Of a stretch of 64,000 nucleotides of DNA, positions 63,026 to 64,000 are shown piece by piece. The notes under the pieces were generated by a model. It saw only the letters and a list, made by a program, of their open reading frames with translations, was not told where the DNA came from and did not search any database. Every line of letters starts with the position of its first letter. Within the stretch, counting starts at the first letter, position 1. Source of the DNA: Selaginella moellendorffii (Eukaryota > Plantae > Lycopodiophyta); assembly GCF_000143415.4 (NCBI RefSeq), contig NW_003314302.1, positions 451,182 to 515,181 of the forward strand, in the 5' to 3' direction. The position numbers and the translations under genes are program-made.

Positions 63026-64000
63026 AATTCATGAGGTTATATTTAATATCAAAGTGGTTTTGAGTCCAACTCTATTGGTTGGTTAAGAGAATTACACTAT
63101 ATATTAAAATTAACGTTTAGCAAGTCCAAATTCTTATTTAGCTATTATGGCCTACCCATTATTATCTCATTATAAAAGGTATTTAGACTTGCCAATTAAG
63201 TAAATCAATTACTAAAGAGTGCCTTTAAACATGATATTGTTGTTCTTTTGTTCAAATTCACAATTTAATACCATTCTATATTTAATAAAATTTTGAATAA
63301 CTATATCTCTAGAAATATAAAATACTAGGGTGAAAGCCTGAAGCAAGCTTTTAGATAAGGGGGTGGTGGGCACTATAGAGGGTTCTAAATGTTTAGTACA
63401 GACAATTTTTCGTAATAAGTTTAGTGCTAAGGGGGATAGAAATATTAACTTGTTAAAAGCTATATAGTAGTTATTCTTCTTTTAGGTCTGAGTAATACTA
63501 TATCAGTATTTTTTTTAATCTTAGTGTTCTAAATTTAAGATTTCAAGTACAAAAACATAATTAAAGTAACACTTTGTTTGATACTATAAATTGGTAAGCT
63601 AATTAAGATTTAGTTTAGATAATTTTATTACTTCTTTCATTTTTCTTTATTGGATTAATAAAATAATGAATACAAGTGATTTTATAAAATTTATTAATAT
63701 ATCTGTTGTGAAACTTCTATAATTCTTTCATAATTTTTAATAAAATAATAATACATAAAAATGAAACTATATGGAACTATATATATAAAATTTATAATAA
63801 AATAAAATATATGCATATATATATATATGCATATACCTTATTTTATTATAAATTTTAAAAGAATTGAAGAAGTTTCAATTGCTAAATCAAGAAATTCCAT
63901 AAAATACACTTGAATATTCTTGGAATATTTATTACTTTAGTGGTTCTGTTAAACCAATAAAGAAAAATGAAAAAGTAATAAAAATGATATCTAAAGTAGA

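Overview
Eukaryotic land-plant nuclear DNA. It is gene-dense, with very short (about 50-70 nt) introns, intronless PLS-class PPR genes and telo-boxes at most promoters. This style suggests a compact lycophyte genome such as Selaginella (inference, not verified). The first 7.3 kb is a large diverged inverted duplication carrying two divergently oriented secreted Pro-rich DUF26/Gnk2-like genes and two RING-H2 pseudogene copies. After an AT-rich gap come a peroxisomal copper amine oxidase, a U5-40K WD40 protein, a plastidic glucose transporter, SCP2, a SAC phosphatase (with an AT-AC U12 intron, a GC-AG intron and a variant catalytic motif), KCS, NAD-malic enzyme and a thylakoid ADP/ATP carrier. 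A rearranged segment with a PPR relic and a fold-back element follows. The rest holds two PPR genes, a SYMRK/DMI2-like receptor kinase with four LRR exons, a TAF15/FUS-like protein, an intronless APH-like (pseudo)kinase, a CCT protein, a WAC/DDT protein, a quinone oxidoreductase and a disrupted aldehyde oxidase. Multi-exon CDS coordinates are start-to-stop spans read by eye. No database searches were run.
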